Shown here: one piece after another, positions 25,295 through 35,602 of the stretch
Position numbering within the stretch: position 1 is the stretch's first letter
Layout of the letters: each line of letters starts with the position of its first letter
Source of the DNA: a virus
Length of the DNA stretch: 64,000 nucleotides
Direction: 5' to 3' (one strand)
Virus record (IMG/VR): IMGVR_UViG_3300010970_000136
Span: 5,836-69,835 of that record
Made by a program: the position numbers and the translations under genes
The notes under the pieces: model-generated
Seen by the model: the letters and a program-made list of their open reading frames with translations, nothing else
Databases searched by the model: none
What the model was told of the DNA's origin: nothing

Positions 25295-25521
25295 GCAGTT
25301 GCTTGATGTCAAATATGTACAGCAACAGACATTGGAGAAATTTGGCTTCTCATGAATGTTAAGTCCTTTCCACACAGAGAAGGAGTTGAGTACTTACAGA
25401 AGGATGTATAGAGTTCCAATCTCAACATTGTGGTATTACATCCACATTAAACTTGTAATCTATGGTCTCTTTGGAAAGGGAACGCTTGTGAGTTGCAGTG
25501 AATATTAAACTCTCAAACTGT
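25295..25521 (+). ncRNA. Unassigned structured RNA D
   Basis: CCTTTCCA/TGGAAAGG, GTTGAG/CTCAAC, GTTGCT/AGCAAC stems; no ORF; ends before a terminator. Confidence 0.55.
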
Positions 25522-25548
25522 TTAGGGTAGCAATATGCTAAACTTTAT

Positions 25549-25580
25549 AAAGCCTCTGTAACAAGAGGCTTTTTTATTTT
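25549..25580 (+). terminator. Intrinsic terminator closing the RNA cluster
   Basis: AAAGCCTCT-GTAACA-AGAGGCTTT followed by T-tract. Confidence 0.8.
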
Positions 25581-25607
25581 GTATTAATCCTTAATAACTA
25601 TAAAAAC

Positions 25608-25754
25608 ATGAAAACAATTAAATTAGAACCAACAGAGTTCTATCACTTCAGAAAATTAGCATTTGCAATGAGTATTGCATTTGTATGTTCAATTACACAT
25701 GGTGTGTACATTGTAGAAGCCAATATAAATCAACTTGAACAGTTGGGTTATTAA
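25608..25754 (+). CDS. Small hypothetical protein (not in ORF track)
   Basis: MKTIKLEPTEFYHFRKLAF...LEQLGY*; preceded by CCTTAATAAC motif. Confidence 0.55.
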   Translation: MKTIKLEPTEFYHFRKLAFAMSIAFVCSITHGVYIVEANINQLEQLGY

Positions 25755-25817
25755 GGAGGGGAATGATGGGCTCTGTAACAGGAGCCCTTATTCTTTAATC
25801 ATTAAAACACATAAATT

Positions 25818-26030
25818 ATGATGGGAGCTTTTTATTGTCCACATTGTGGTACAGCAAATGCATGTAATTGTAAAACTTGCAGCAAATATATAAAAGAGGG
25901 TGAGTATGTAAATACATATACTGAAGATGGAGAAGCTATGATTTGTGGCAAATGCGCTAAGATATATAGTCCAGATCAATCTTTAGATGAAGAAATGAGA
26001 CAACGTAAAAACAAACAAACTGATGAATAA
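25818..26030 (+). CDS. Zn-finger protein
   Basis: CPHC, CNCKTC, CGKC. Confidence 0.6.
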   Translation: MMGAFYCPHCGTANACNCKTCSKYIKEGEYVNTYTEDGEAMICGKCAKIYSPDQSLDEEMRQRKNKQTDE

Positions 26031-26146
26031 ATTTGTATGTAGTGAGTGTGGTACAAAGTACAGCTCACCAGAAACAACACCACCTCCAGGAATTAAATGG
26101 AGTGATGGTCATGTATGTACACCTAAACCTTTAAACAAATAATATT

Positions 26147-26884
26147 ATGGGAAAGACATTTGTTATGGGAGATATCCATGGAAATTATAGAGCTATGTTA
26201 CAATGCTTAGAAAGAAGTGGATTTGATAAACAAGAAGACACTCTTATACAACTAGGTGATGTAGCAGATGGTTGGAGTGAGACAGCAGAATGTGTCGATC
26301 TCTTATTGTCAATTAAGAATCTGATATCTCTTAGAGGTAATCATGATGTTTGGGTGAATGATTGGTTCCAAATGGGACAAACACCTATTCTATGGACAGA
26401 ACAAGGTGGTAAAGCCACTATGGCTTCTTATGTAAGAACAGGTAAGCTTGTAGATAGAGAACACAAAGACTTCTGGAATGATCAACAAGATTGGTATATA
26501 GATGATAAGAACAGATTGTTTATACATGCTGGTTGGGATTATCATCATCCAGGTACATGGGAACAACAAGCTAGTCTTAAAGTGAATGCAGGAAGCACAG
26601 CTAGAGAATGCCATTGGGATAGAAGTGTTATTATGGGTGCTAGATCAGCGTTTGGTAATAAGAACCTAAAGAATGGTAAGTTCAAAACTCTTGAGCAGTT
26701 TCATGAAATCTATATTGGTCATACAGCAGACAACACAGGACCTCATCAATATGGTAACTTATGGAACCTAGATAGTGGAGCTGGTTGGACTGGTAAGTTA
26801 ACTATTATGGACATAGACACTAAAGAGTATTGGCAAAGTGATTTCGCAACATTATTATACCCAGACGAAAATGGAAGAAGATAA
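26147..26884 (+). CDS. Calcineurin-like metallophosphoesterase (Ser/Thr phosphatase family)
   Basis: GDIHG, LGDVAD, GNHD, HAG, GHT motifs. Confidence 0.9.
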   Translation: MGKTFVMGDIHGNYRAMLQCLERSGFDKQEDTLIQLGDVADGWSETAECVDLLLSIKNLISLRGNHDVWVNDWFQMGQTPILWTEQGGKATMASYVRTGKLVDREHKDFWNDQQDWYIDDKNRLFIHAGWDYHHPGTWEQQASLKVNAGSTARECHWDRSVIMGARSAFGNKNLKNGKFKTLEQFHEIYIGHTADNTGPHQYGNLWNLDSGAGWTGKLTIMDIDTKEYWQSDFATLLYPDENGRR

Positions 26885-29341
26885 TGCTACAGGTTATTAT
26901 GACTGGATGAAAAGTTTAGAGGATGTTAGAAAACAATATATAAATCAACATGATAAATACACTTTAAAAAGTGTATTGAATTGGAGACAAACTCCACATG
27001 TAACTAGAGGTAATGGAGAAATTGATATTAATCCTTATGAAGCTACAGAAGAAGAAAAACCTATAGAAGTTAATATGGATGACTACATTCATAAAGATGA
27101 AATGGTACAGATACTATTAGATTCCAGACATGCTTTGTTCACTGATAAAATTCCTTCAGTATTAGAAGTAATAGAATGGATAGAAGAACGTAAAAAACAA
27201 AAGTTATGAAAAACATACACGTATTACCAAAGGACATTTTTAATCAATTAGGTGTTGACCATTATGGTAAAACTCCAACTCAAATTAAAATTGCCGAATT
27301 TTTAATCAATAAAAACATCTACATCACTTCTGATGAAGAACCAAAATACAAGGACTTCTATATAACGAATGGTAATAAAATTTATTTTTGTAATACGCTT
27401 AATCCAACAAGAAATAATCATTACAAAAAAATCATCCTAACAACAGACCAAGACTTAATTAAAGATGGTGTACAAGCTATTGATGATGAGTTTATTGAAT
27501 GGTTTGTGAAGAATCCAAGTTGTGAGAGGGTTGAGGTTGAAAGAGATAGTAGAGAAGTTGGCGGTCATAATGGTGGTTCAGTAATTGAATATGGATTATA
27601 TGAAATAATCATTCCAAAAGAAGAAGCTAAACAAGAAACCCTTAAAGAAGTTGAATTAGCTATTTTATTCCATAATACTTATGAAAAATTAGCACCAAGT
27701 TTTGGTTATGAAACAAGAGAAGATACAAAATCATTTGACATTACTACTCCAAATGGAAAGTTAATGATTGCTGTTTGTAAAGAAATAATTAAATGGCAAC
27801 AAGAAACACCTATTGACAAAGGAGAAGGAGAAGCCTATCGTCAAGAATTATTCAATTACCTTCATGATAATTTTGTAGTAATTGCATCAGAATCAGAAAT
27901 GCAAGAAATTGAAAGAATAGTTTTAAGTACGCAACAAGAAAGAATGTATAGTGAGATGGATATTGTTTTAATCTTAAGTAAATTTAGAGATATGAAAATG
28001 ATAGCTTTTAGTGAATGGTTTGAAAAATTTAGAAAGAAATAAGATATGACACCTCAAAAATTTTTAGACGAAATCTATGCAAAATCAGAGATTGATTATG
28101 GATTAGCACTACCTCCTACAACATCAAGAGACGCTTTAGAAGTATTAACAAATCATTTTCTTGGAGAAAATTGGTACACAACAATGTCAATGAGCGATGA
28201 GCAAGTTATTACAGAAATAGTAGTAAGTATACTTGAAAAAACTCAACCAAAGAATTTTCTTCAAAGACTATTTAATATTTAAAAAGAAATAAAATATGGT
28301 AGAATTACTTTGTAGCATTATCATTGCACTACCTATATGGTTAGTTGCATTAGAGTTAAGACAGATGAACAAATTTAAAAACAAATAATATGTTAGTAGG
28401 AATATTTGATTTAGTTTGGTTACTCATAGAATTAATCGCAAAATTACTAATAAAACTATTTAAACTATTTAAAAAGAAATAAGAATTATGTAGTATGAAA
28501 GCATACGATAGACAAAGAGAACTAGAAGTAAGAGCTATACAAATCATATACACCAAACTTTATAAGAATGCATATCCATCCACTGATTATGAATCATTGG
28601 TTAGAAATGCTACAATCAATAAAGAAGGGAAGAAAGTTATCAAGAGTGGAGCTTATACAATAACAGAGGACAAATTTAACAAGATTGTTGACAGAGAACT
28701 AGAATGGGGAAACTTCAGCAATCTATCAAAGCAAATTATTAAACAGACAATACTCGAAGGGTGTTGTCCTAAAATCTTAGAAACATGCAAATAGTAAACG
28801 GAAAGTGGGTGGACAACTTTGAAAACCCAGTAGATGATTTCAACTTCAATCAATTAAAAGAAGTTTCAGAGAATGTAACAGCGTTATATGGTGAGAAGAT
28901 TACATACGAGAGAATAAAGCTTGTAGGGTCATTAAAATCGTTAAACGGTAAGCAAGAAAGCATCATTGCTAATTTGTTACAAGATCATGAATTAATTTCT
29001 AAACTATCAGGATTATGAGTAGCTACTATATACTAAAGGATAAAACACCTGTCCAAGTGGCAGATGTTCGAGAATGGGCTACTAACTATGAAGGAAACCG
29101 TAATGTAGCAAGAGATACATTTGGTAAAGTGATAGTCTCCACTGTATTCTTAGGACTAGATCATAACTATGAAGGTAAAGGTGAACCAATATTGTTTGAA
29201 ACAATGATATTTGGTGGTAAACATGATCAATATCAAACTAGATGTTCAACTTGGGGTGAAGCTGTTATTCAACATGAAGAAGCTTGTAAACTTGTAAGAA
29301 ATAAATTTATATCATGGATAAGAAATTTTCTGAATATATAG
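26871..29341 (+). other. Run of small hypothetical genes
   Basis: ORFs 26838/26871, 27206, 28046, 28495, 28785, 29015 with coupled starts and stops. Confidence 0.6.
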
Positions 29342-29589
29342 GAAAAGAAATGTATGGTTTTAGATTTCAGAATGAGTCATACATTACTTACAATGCACTG
29401 TATATGGATAATTTTGTTGGTAAAGTTGGTAAGATTATAGATAGACTTTCTAATATGGTTGTTGTTAAGTTTGAAGGAAGTTCAGATGCATGGCATTATC
29501 CATTACATCTTGTAGATGATAACTTGCTTGAGAATGAACCACCTATAAATCTAGATGAATTGTTTAATCAAATCAGTAAGATATGTTAG
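29314..29589 (+). CDS. SH3-like family protein 1 with C-terminal tag
   Basis: GKEMYGFRF...VGKVGKI...VKF...WHYP...PINLDELFNQI. Confidence 0.7.
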   Translation: MDKKFSEYIGKEMYGFRFQNESYITYNALYMDNFVGKVGKIIDRLSNMVVVKFEGSSDAWHYPLHLVDDNLLENEPPINLDELFNQISKIC

Positions 29590-29846
29590 CAAAAGAAGAA
29601 TGTATAGGATTAACTGTAGAAGGATTTTACTTTGATCGTACTGAATACTGTTCCCATGTTCCTATTATGAATAAACACATAGGTAAGCCAGGTAAAATTA
29701 TGGGAATTGGTAGATCAGGAAAAACTTATAGAGTGAGATTTCCTTATGACTCAGAGTATAGTTATCCAGCTGATAAAGTTAATGAAATGTTTTTTAGTGA
29801 CTCTATAGATTTAACTCAATTATTTAACGACATACAAAAATTATGA
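29583..29846 (+). CDS. SH3-like family protein 2 with C-terminal tag
   Basis: GLTVEGFYF...IGKPGKI...VRF...YSYP...IDLTQLFNDI. Confidence 0.7.
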   Translation: MLAKEECIGLTVEGFYFDRTEYCSHVPIMNKHIGKPGKIMGIGRSGKTYRVRFPYDSEYSYPADKVNEMFFSDSIDLTQLFNDIQKL

Positions 29847-30339
29847 AAGCAGAAGATATAAAAAAAGGAATGGAAGTCCGTGGATTCAAATTTGATGGAG
29901 CAAATTCACCTTGTGGTTATGCAAAAAAATGGATAAATATGTAGGTGAAGTTGGTAAAATAACTAATGTTGACACAGATACATTTCAAATTACATTTAAA
30001 GATGGAGAACTTTGGAACTATCCAATTGCAGATTTTTTAGATCTACAACAAGATGTAGAAGACATGCAAGACTACGTAGGAAAAGAAATGATAGGGTTTA
30101 AGTTTGAAGATACACCTTATGTAGATTATGCAGATTACGAGCATGCTAAATATATTGGTGAAATTGGTACAATAGTAGAAGTGGACAAAGATAATGATGA
30201 TGGTGATTACTCTTGTAGAGTTGAATTTCCTGATGGTAATGATGAAGTGTGGTACCCAATGACTAATATAGACGATCACATAGTTAATCCAACTCCTATA
30301 GATTTAAATGAATTGTTCAATCTAATCAAACAAATATGA
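29843..30339 (+). CDS. Two-domain SH3-like family protein 3, interrupted by a frameshift at A7 (29923-29929)
   Basis: ATG 29843 gives MKAEDIKKGMEVRGFKF...; the paralog-like sequence continues in the -1 frame as MDKYVGEVGKI. Confidence 0.65.
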
Positions 30340-30611
30340 AAGATAAAGATATAGTAGGACAAGAATTCGAAGGTGTTGCATTTAGCAGTATACCTCGATT
30401 ACCTTTTGACTCTACATATAAGCCATTTATTGGTAAAACAGGTACAGTTATTAGATTACATGATGATCCAAAATATTGTTACGTAGAATTTGGTGGCAGT
30501 ATTGGTGTAAGAAAAGGTATACATTTTCCAACAGCAGTTGTAAAACAACAAATAGAAGACAGAGTACCAATTGATCTAGATGACTTATTTAATCAAATTA
30601 AATCCTTATAA
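30336..30611 (+). CDS. SH3-like family protein 4 with C-terminal tag
   Basis: GQEFEGVAF...IGKTGTV...VEF...HFP...PIDLDDLFNQI. Confidence 0.7.
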   Translation: MKDKDIVGQEFEGVAFSSIPRLPFDSTYKPFIGKTGTVIRLHDDPKYCYVEFGGSIGVRKGIHFPTAVVKQQIEDRVPIDLDDLFNQIKSL

Positions 30612-30614
30612 CCA

Positions 30615-31674
30615 ATGAAACAAGAAAAAACTAGCATATTCATTAACGATGTACATGAATATGATTATGTAAAAGATGTAAGTAATGGAATAACAAATCA
30701 TATGTTATTCTATTCTAACAATGATGTATGGAATGGGCAGCTTCATGAAACATTAGCTGCAAGTATAATAGATAACGGTAATGGTTATCAATTAGGTGGT
30801 AACGCAAAACCTAGTAAAAAAGGTGAGATAGATTATCACTATGCTCAACAGCTAGAACTATTATTAAGACTTGCAGATTTAGAAGTTACTAATAAGTATG
30901 AATTGTCTGTACAATCAAGAATAGAGTTCTAATGTTTTATCCTGCAGAACTTGCTTATAGAAACTACATGCCAGATGAATTAGAGTCTGGCATGTTGTTT
31001 ATGAAGATTCTTCATCAAGGAACTATTAAGGAATCTGTAGAAGTATGGACTCTTGATAGAGTGCCACAAGACAAGGATAGATTCCTATCTGAGAATGGTG
31101 CACCTATTGAACTATATGTTATGGATGAAGAAGGTGAAGTGTTAGCTGAACCAGATGAAATAGCTTGGTTTGATCTTGGAGAAGCATTTATGACATTAAC
31201 AGACATTAGTCTCAAAGAGATAAACATCATTCTTAATGAATATGATGGAATTGTTGAAATAGAGATTAGTGATGAAGACTATGAAGAAGGATGGGTTAGT
31301 CCTTCTTATCAAATGGATAAGGTTACACTTAGATTCCTTACAGAATATGATGAGGATGAAGATGATCTTAGTGATTGGAATGTTACTATTAACGATGGAC
31401 TAGAAGACTTATGACACTAAAAGAAAAGTTTTTACCTAGAATGTATTGTTTTATGGGTAGCGGTATGCTATCAAATACGTACGATAAAGATATAGCTGAG
31501 GATAATGCCTCTGAATGCGAAAAAATAGCAGATGATTATGCTATTGAGTTTTTTGAATTTCATATTGGACTATTAACTAAATACGTTAATGGAAAATGGT
31601 ATTTTGAATATGATACTAAATGGCTAACAACAAAACAACTATTAGAAATATTTAAAAAAGAAAAAGGATTATGA
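30615..31674 (+). other. Three hypothetical genes (30615, 30932, 31411)
   Basis: ORF track; coupled starts and stops. Confidence 0.6.
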
Positions 31675-32042
31675 AAATGTTAGAAGCAATAGAAGTACTA
31701 AGAAAAGATAATCGTAGTTATCTATGGAACCTACCTAAGAATAAATGGGAAGCAATAGACTATTACAATCTTAATAGAATCAAAGAAGGCCTACCTTATT
31801 CTAACAAGAAGAAGATGACTGATGACTATGTAGGACTATCTGAAAAAAGTGCTAAGATGCAAAGAGAACAACATCACAGAATGAAACCTATTAGACGTAA
31901 ATCTGATGGTAAAGTGTTTAGTGGTATGATTCAATTATGTAGAGAAACAGGAGCTAATCGTTCCTCATTATCACTAGCATTGAATGGTAAACCTAATGCA
32001 CCACAGAACTATATAGACGAGTATGAATTTGTAAATGATTAA
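31671..32042 (+). CDS. Protein with C-terminal NUMOD1/HTH-like DNA-binding domain
   Basis: KPIRRKSDGKVFSGMIQLCRETGANRSSLSLALNGK. Confidence 0.5.
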   Translation: MKMLEAIEVLRKDNRSYLWNLPKNKWEAIDYYNLNRIKEGLPYSNKKKMTDDYVGLSEKSAKMQREQHHRMKPIRRKSDGKVFSGMIQLCRETGANRSSLSLALNGKPNAPQNYIDEYEFVND

Positions 32043-32189
32043 TCATGAAATCAATAAATTATTTAATAATAGGACTAATCATATCTCTAATAGGAGTATG
32101 GTTATTAATTGATCTACAAGACTTACGTTGTTTAGTAGTGTGTGCACTTGGTGTAATTCTTATGCATATTGCATGTTTAAAAGTTAGAG

Positions 32190-32516
32190 ATGAATAGAAC
32201 CACTGAAATAACATTAGCTATGCAGCTCGTATTAGAGCTTATGGATGACATAGGACTAAAAGGTAGAACTAAACAACTTGGTAACATGTTTGTTAAAGAG
32301 TTAGAAAAGACTGTAGAGGATAATTACAATAGAATGTATCAGAATGATCCTCAAGCTGCAATCAATGTGATGAACTCAAAACACAGATTGATTAGTCAGA
32401 TATCAGAGATGAATGAACCAGATGCTATTATGCTATCTGATCTCATCAATAATTACGTAGAAAACATAGAAGAATTTAGAGAAAAGAAAGTTACATATTT
32501 TACAGAGCTCCTATAA
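32190..32516 (+). CDS. Hypothetical protein
   Basis: 108-aa ORF. Confidence 0.6.
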   Translation: MNRTTEITLAMQLVLELMDDIGLKGRTKQLGNMFVKELEKTVEDNYNRMYQNDPQAAINVMNSKHRLISQISEMNEPDAIMLSDLINNYVENIEEFREKKVTYFTELL

Positions 32517-32535
32517 TAACTTAAAACTAGAGAAA

Positions 32536-33081
32536 ATGGCTGAAAGAAAGACAACTTATGTTGATGCCCGTAATAAGAAACTTGTAAGAGAGTTCCTTAT
32601 TCAAAAGTTTCAATTTGAGACTATTGTTGGACTGGCTGGTCCAGACATCAATGACTATCTAGAATACTTACAAGCAAAAGGTTGTAAAGAATTCGAGATA
32701 TATGAAAACAACCCATTAGTAGTAACTGAACAATTAAGTAAGTTGAATACAGATGCAAAGGTGTCACTTATAGAAGGTGATATTTATGAAGCAGATCCAA
32801 ATAAACCTAATACGTTGTTTGATCTTGATTATTGTGCTTCTGTCAGATATCTTAAAGATCACATTGCTAAATTCAAAGACAATTTTATTATGACATTTAG
32901 TACTAGAATTGGTCTTAAGGAAACTGTTGATACATTCTTTGAAGCAAGACAAGAGAAAGTTATTCGAAGAGTGAATAAATCTTCTCCAATGCCTCATACA
33001 GTGTACACAACAAACAATGGACGTTATTTGTTTGTCAAATATCGTGATACATCAGCTATGTGTTGCTTTGCCAAAATTTAA
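32536..33081 (+). CDS. Divergent Rossmann/SAM-methyltransferase-like protein
   Basis: IVGLAGP, FEIYE, EGDI, DLDYC spacing. Confidence 0.4.
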   Translation: MAERKTTYVDARNKKLVREFLIQKFQFETIVGLAGPDINDYLEYLQAKGCKEFEIYENNPLVVTEQLSKLNTDAKVSLIEGDIYEADPNKPNTLFDLDYCASVRYLKDHIAKFKDNFIMTFSTRIGLKETVDTFFEARQEKVIRRVNKSSPMPHTVYTTNNGRYLFVKYRDTSAMCCFAKI

Positions 33082-33104
33082 TATTAACCCTTAAATAAAC
33101 AATT

Positions 33105-33572
33105 ATGAAACATTACACACCTAAAGAAGTAAATCAAATTAAGCAATTGATTAGAACAGGTATGCCTTTGCCTCTCATTGCTAATGAATTAGAAAAACAA
33201 TGGGGAAGACCATCAAGAGCTATCTACAGTAAAGTTAAAATTCTAGCTAAAAGAACAAAGAAGATCACTAATGAATGGAATGATTCTGTAAAAATATTAG
33301 TAGAATCAACACCAGAAGTTAAACCAGCTGTTGTTCAAGAAACAATAGACTTTACACCAGTAGAAAGAGAAGTGATCAAAGAAGTTTGTAATAACATCAT
33401 TGAAACATCTGCATTTGAAGATTCTCATGAGACTATAGAACAACTTCCTGCACAAATAGAAGTGGAAGGAATTGAAGTTCCAGCTAGTCACATTACATTT
33501 GTAGGAACACCTTCTAGAGTGGTGATATATAAAGATCACGTAAGATATTATTACAGTAACGAAAATAATTAG
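33105..33572 (+). CDS. HTH-containing hypothetical protein
   Basis: YTPKE...IANEL...GRPSRAIYSK (Myb/HTH-like). Confidence 0.5.
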   Translation: MKHYTPKEVNQIKQLIRTGMPLPLIANELEKQWGRPSRAIYSKVKILAKRTKKITNEWNDSVKILVESTPEVKPAVVQETIDFTPVEREVIKEVCNNIIETSAFEDSHETIEQLPAQIEVEGIEVPASHITFVGTPSRVVIYKDHVRYYYSNENN

Positions 33573-33611
33573 AGATGACTATTGTGTCTCTAATTTTTTA
33601 GATTATCTTTG
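33567..33611 (+). promoter_or_regulatory. Terminator hairpin followed by -7 promoter of the replication operon
   Basis: AATTAGAGA/TCTCTAATT + Ts, then TATCTTTG at 33604-33611. Confidence 0.6.
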
Positions 33612-33637
33612 TAGGTTCAAGAAAAAACACAAAACAA

Positions 33638-35602
33638 ATGGAAGAAGAAGTAATTATATATGACATTGAGACCATGCAAGAGCTCTTTCTTGTTGTTTGT
33701 ATGGTTCCAGGAAAGGTTGGTAAAAGCTTTCAAGTGTCTAAGTGGAAAAACGAATTGGATAAGTTTGTTAGATACACAGAAGCACATCCTGATGCTTATT
33801 GGGTAGGTTATAATAATCTACGTTTTGATAGCCAAGTTGTTGAGTGGATTCTTAGAAACTATGACAATTGGCATGAGTTAAGTAATTTAGAGATCACTGC
33901 TAAGATAGCACAGAAAGCTGCAGATGTTATACATGATGCAAACTTTGATGTGTTCCCTGAGTATAGAGAACATGAATTAACGCTCAAACAATTGGATCTG
34001 TTCAAAATACATCATTACGATAATAAGAACAGAAGAGTTAGCTTGAAAAGATTGGAATTTGAGATGGACTTAGAGAACATCGAAGAAATGCCTATACATC
34101 ACACCAAAACTAACATGACCAAGGAAGAGGTAGAACTCACAATTGATTATTGTTACAATGATGTGGAAGCTACTTATGAATTCTATAAAATAACCCTGGG
34201 TGATACTGATCATCCACTTTACAAAGGAGACAACCGAATAGAGCTGAGAAGAGATATTGAAGAGGAGTTCGGTATTCCATGTTTAAACTATTCAGATAGT
34301 AAGATAGGGGATGAAATGATCAAGAAGTATTATTGTCAAGAGAAAGGTATTGACTATAAAGAACTTCCTAGAAAAGGATATTTCAGAAAGAATATAGAAG
34401 TTAAGAAGTGTATAGCATCATACGTTAAGTTTGAGACAGTTCAACTAAAGGAATTCTTAAAAAAGATCAAACAGCTAAATCTTGGTCTTCAAGATGACTT
34501 CAAAGAGCACATCCATTTCTATGGTAATGTGTACTCATTCATGAAGGGTGGTCTCCATACAGAGAACAGTCCTAAAGTGTTTGAAGCAGATGAAGACTAT
34601 GAGATAATCGATTGGGATGTTAGTTCTTACTACCCAGCAATCATTATTAATAACGGTAAATATCCTGCACACCTGGGTAAAGAGTTCTTATTGGGATACA
34701 AACAGATGTTTGAGAAACGATTAGAGCTTAAACCTATGGCTAAGAAGGATAAACGTATTAAAGGGATTGTTGGAGCACTTAAGCTTGCAGTTAACTCTGT
34801 ATATGGTAAGTCATCTGATATGCAAAACTGGATTTATGATAGGCAGTTAACTATGTTCACCACAATTACAGGTGAGCTTAGTCTAATGATGCTTATTGAA
34901 CAATACGAGTTGAATGGCATACAGGTGATCTCTGCAAATACAGATGGTGTAACTATAAGAATTAAGAAAGATCTTATTCCACTTATGCACAGACTAAATG
35001 ATTGGTGGTCTGAGTTAACTCAATATGAGTTAGAGCGTACGGATTACAGCAAGATTACATTTAGTACAGTTAATGACTATTTAGCAATTATGACCAATGG
35101 AGACATTAAAAAGAAAGGGGATTTCCTCACAGATTTTGAGCTTCATAAGAACAAATCAGCTAGGATTGTTCCTATTGCTCTTGAGCGTTATTTTGTTGAT
35201 GGTGTGCCTGTGGAGGATACGATATGTTCTCATGATAATCTATATGATTTTTGTATAAGACAAAAAGCATCTAGAGATTTCCATTATGAAGGCATAAATA
35301 GATCTACAGGAGACACAATTGTATTTGATAAACTAATACGTTACTATGTATCTGATGAAGGAGTGAAGCTGCTTAAAATCAAGAACGAGAGCTGTCAGAC
35401 TAAAGCTGCAAAGATTAGTCAAGTGGAAGCTGGTGAATGGTTAGCAACAGTGTGTAACTTCCTACCAAGGAATACAAAAGTAGAAGGTGTAAACTATAAG
35501 TATTACATCGAAAAAGCCAATAGAATCATTCATAAGATTGAAACTGAAGGTAAGAAACGTATGGTTGTTGTAGACCCGAATCAATTAAATTTATTTGGAT
35601 AA
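33638..35602 (+). CDS. polB: Family B DNA polymerase
   Basis: Exo I YDIET, Exo II GYNNLRFD, Exo III YCYND; pol motifs DVSSYYP, KLAVNSVYGK, NTDG. Confidence 0.92.
   Translation: MEEEVIIYDIETMQELFLVVCMVPGKVGKSFQVSKWKNELDKFVRYTEAHPDAYWVGYNNLRFDSQVVEWILRNYDNWHELSNLEITAKIAQKAADVIHDANFDVFPEYREHELTLKQLDLFKIHHYDNKNRRVSLKRLEFEMDLENIEEMPIHHTKTNMTKEEVELTIDYCYNDVEATYEFYKITLGDTDHPLYKGDNRIELRRDIEEEFGIPCLNYSDSKIGDEMIKKYYCQEKGIDYKELPRKGYFRKNIEVKKCIASYVKFETVQLKEFLKKIKQLNLGLQDDFKEHIHFYGNVYSFMKGGLHTENSPKVFEADEDYEIIDWDVSSYYPAIIINNGKYPAHLGKEFLLGYKQMFEKRLELKPMAKKDKRIKGIVGALKLAVNSVYGKSSDMQNWIYDRQLTMFTTITGELSLMMLIEQYELNGIQVISANTDGVTIRIKKDLIPLMHRLNDWWSELTQYELERTDYSKITFSTVNDYLAIMTNGDIKKKGDFLTDFELHKNKSARIVPIALERYFVDGVPVEDTICSHDNLYDFCIRQKASRDFHYEGINRSTGDTIVFDKLIRYYVSDEGVKLLKIKNESCQTKAAKISQVEAGEWLATVCNFLPRNTKVEGVNYKYYIEKANRIIHKIETEGKKRMVVVDPNQLNLFG

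Noticed and set aside
25295-25521. RNase P RNA or raiA motif identity for RNA D
   Set aside because: Only the short AAGTCC word is shared; GAGGAAAGTCC and ACAGAA conserved regions are not in place
29314-30611. Diversity-generating retroelement behind the paralog array
   Set aside because: No reverse transcriptase in the window and no near-identical template/variable repeat pair
5126-35602. Introns or inteins in capsid, portal, terminase or polymerase genes
   Set aside because: All are continuous ORFs of ordinary length with no intein motifs
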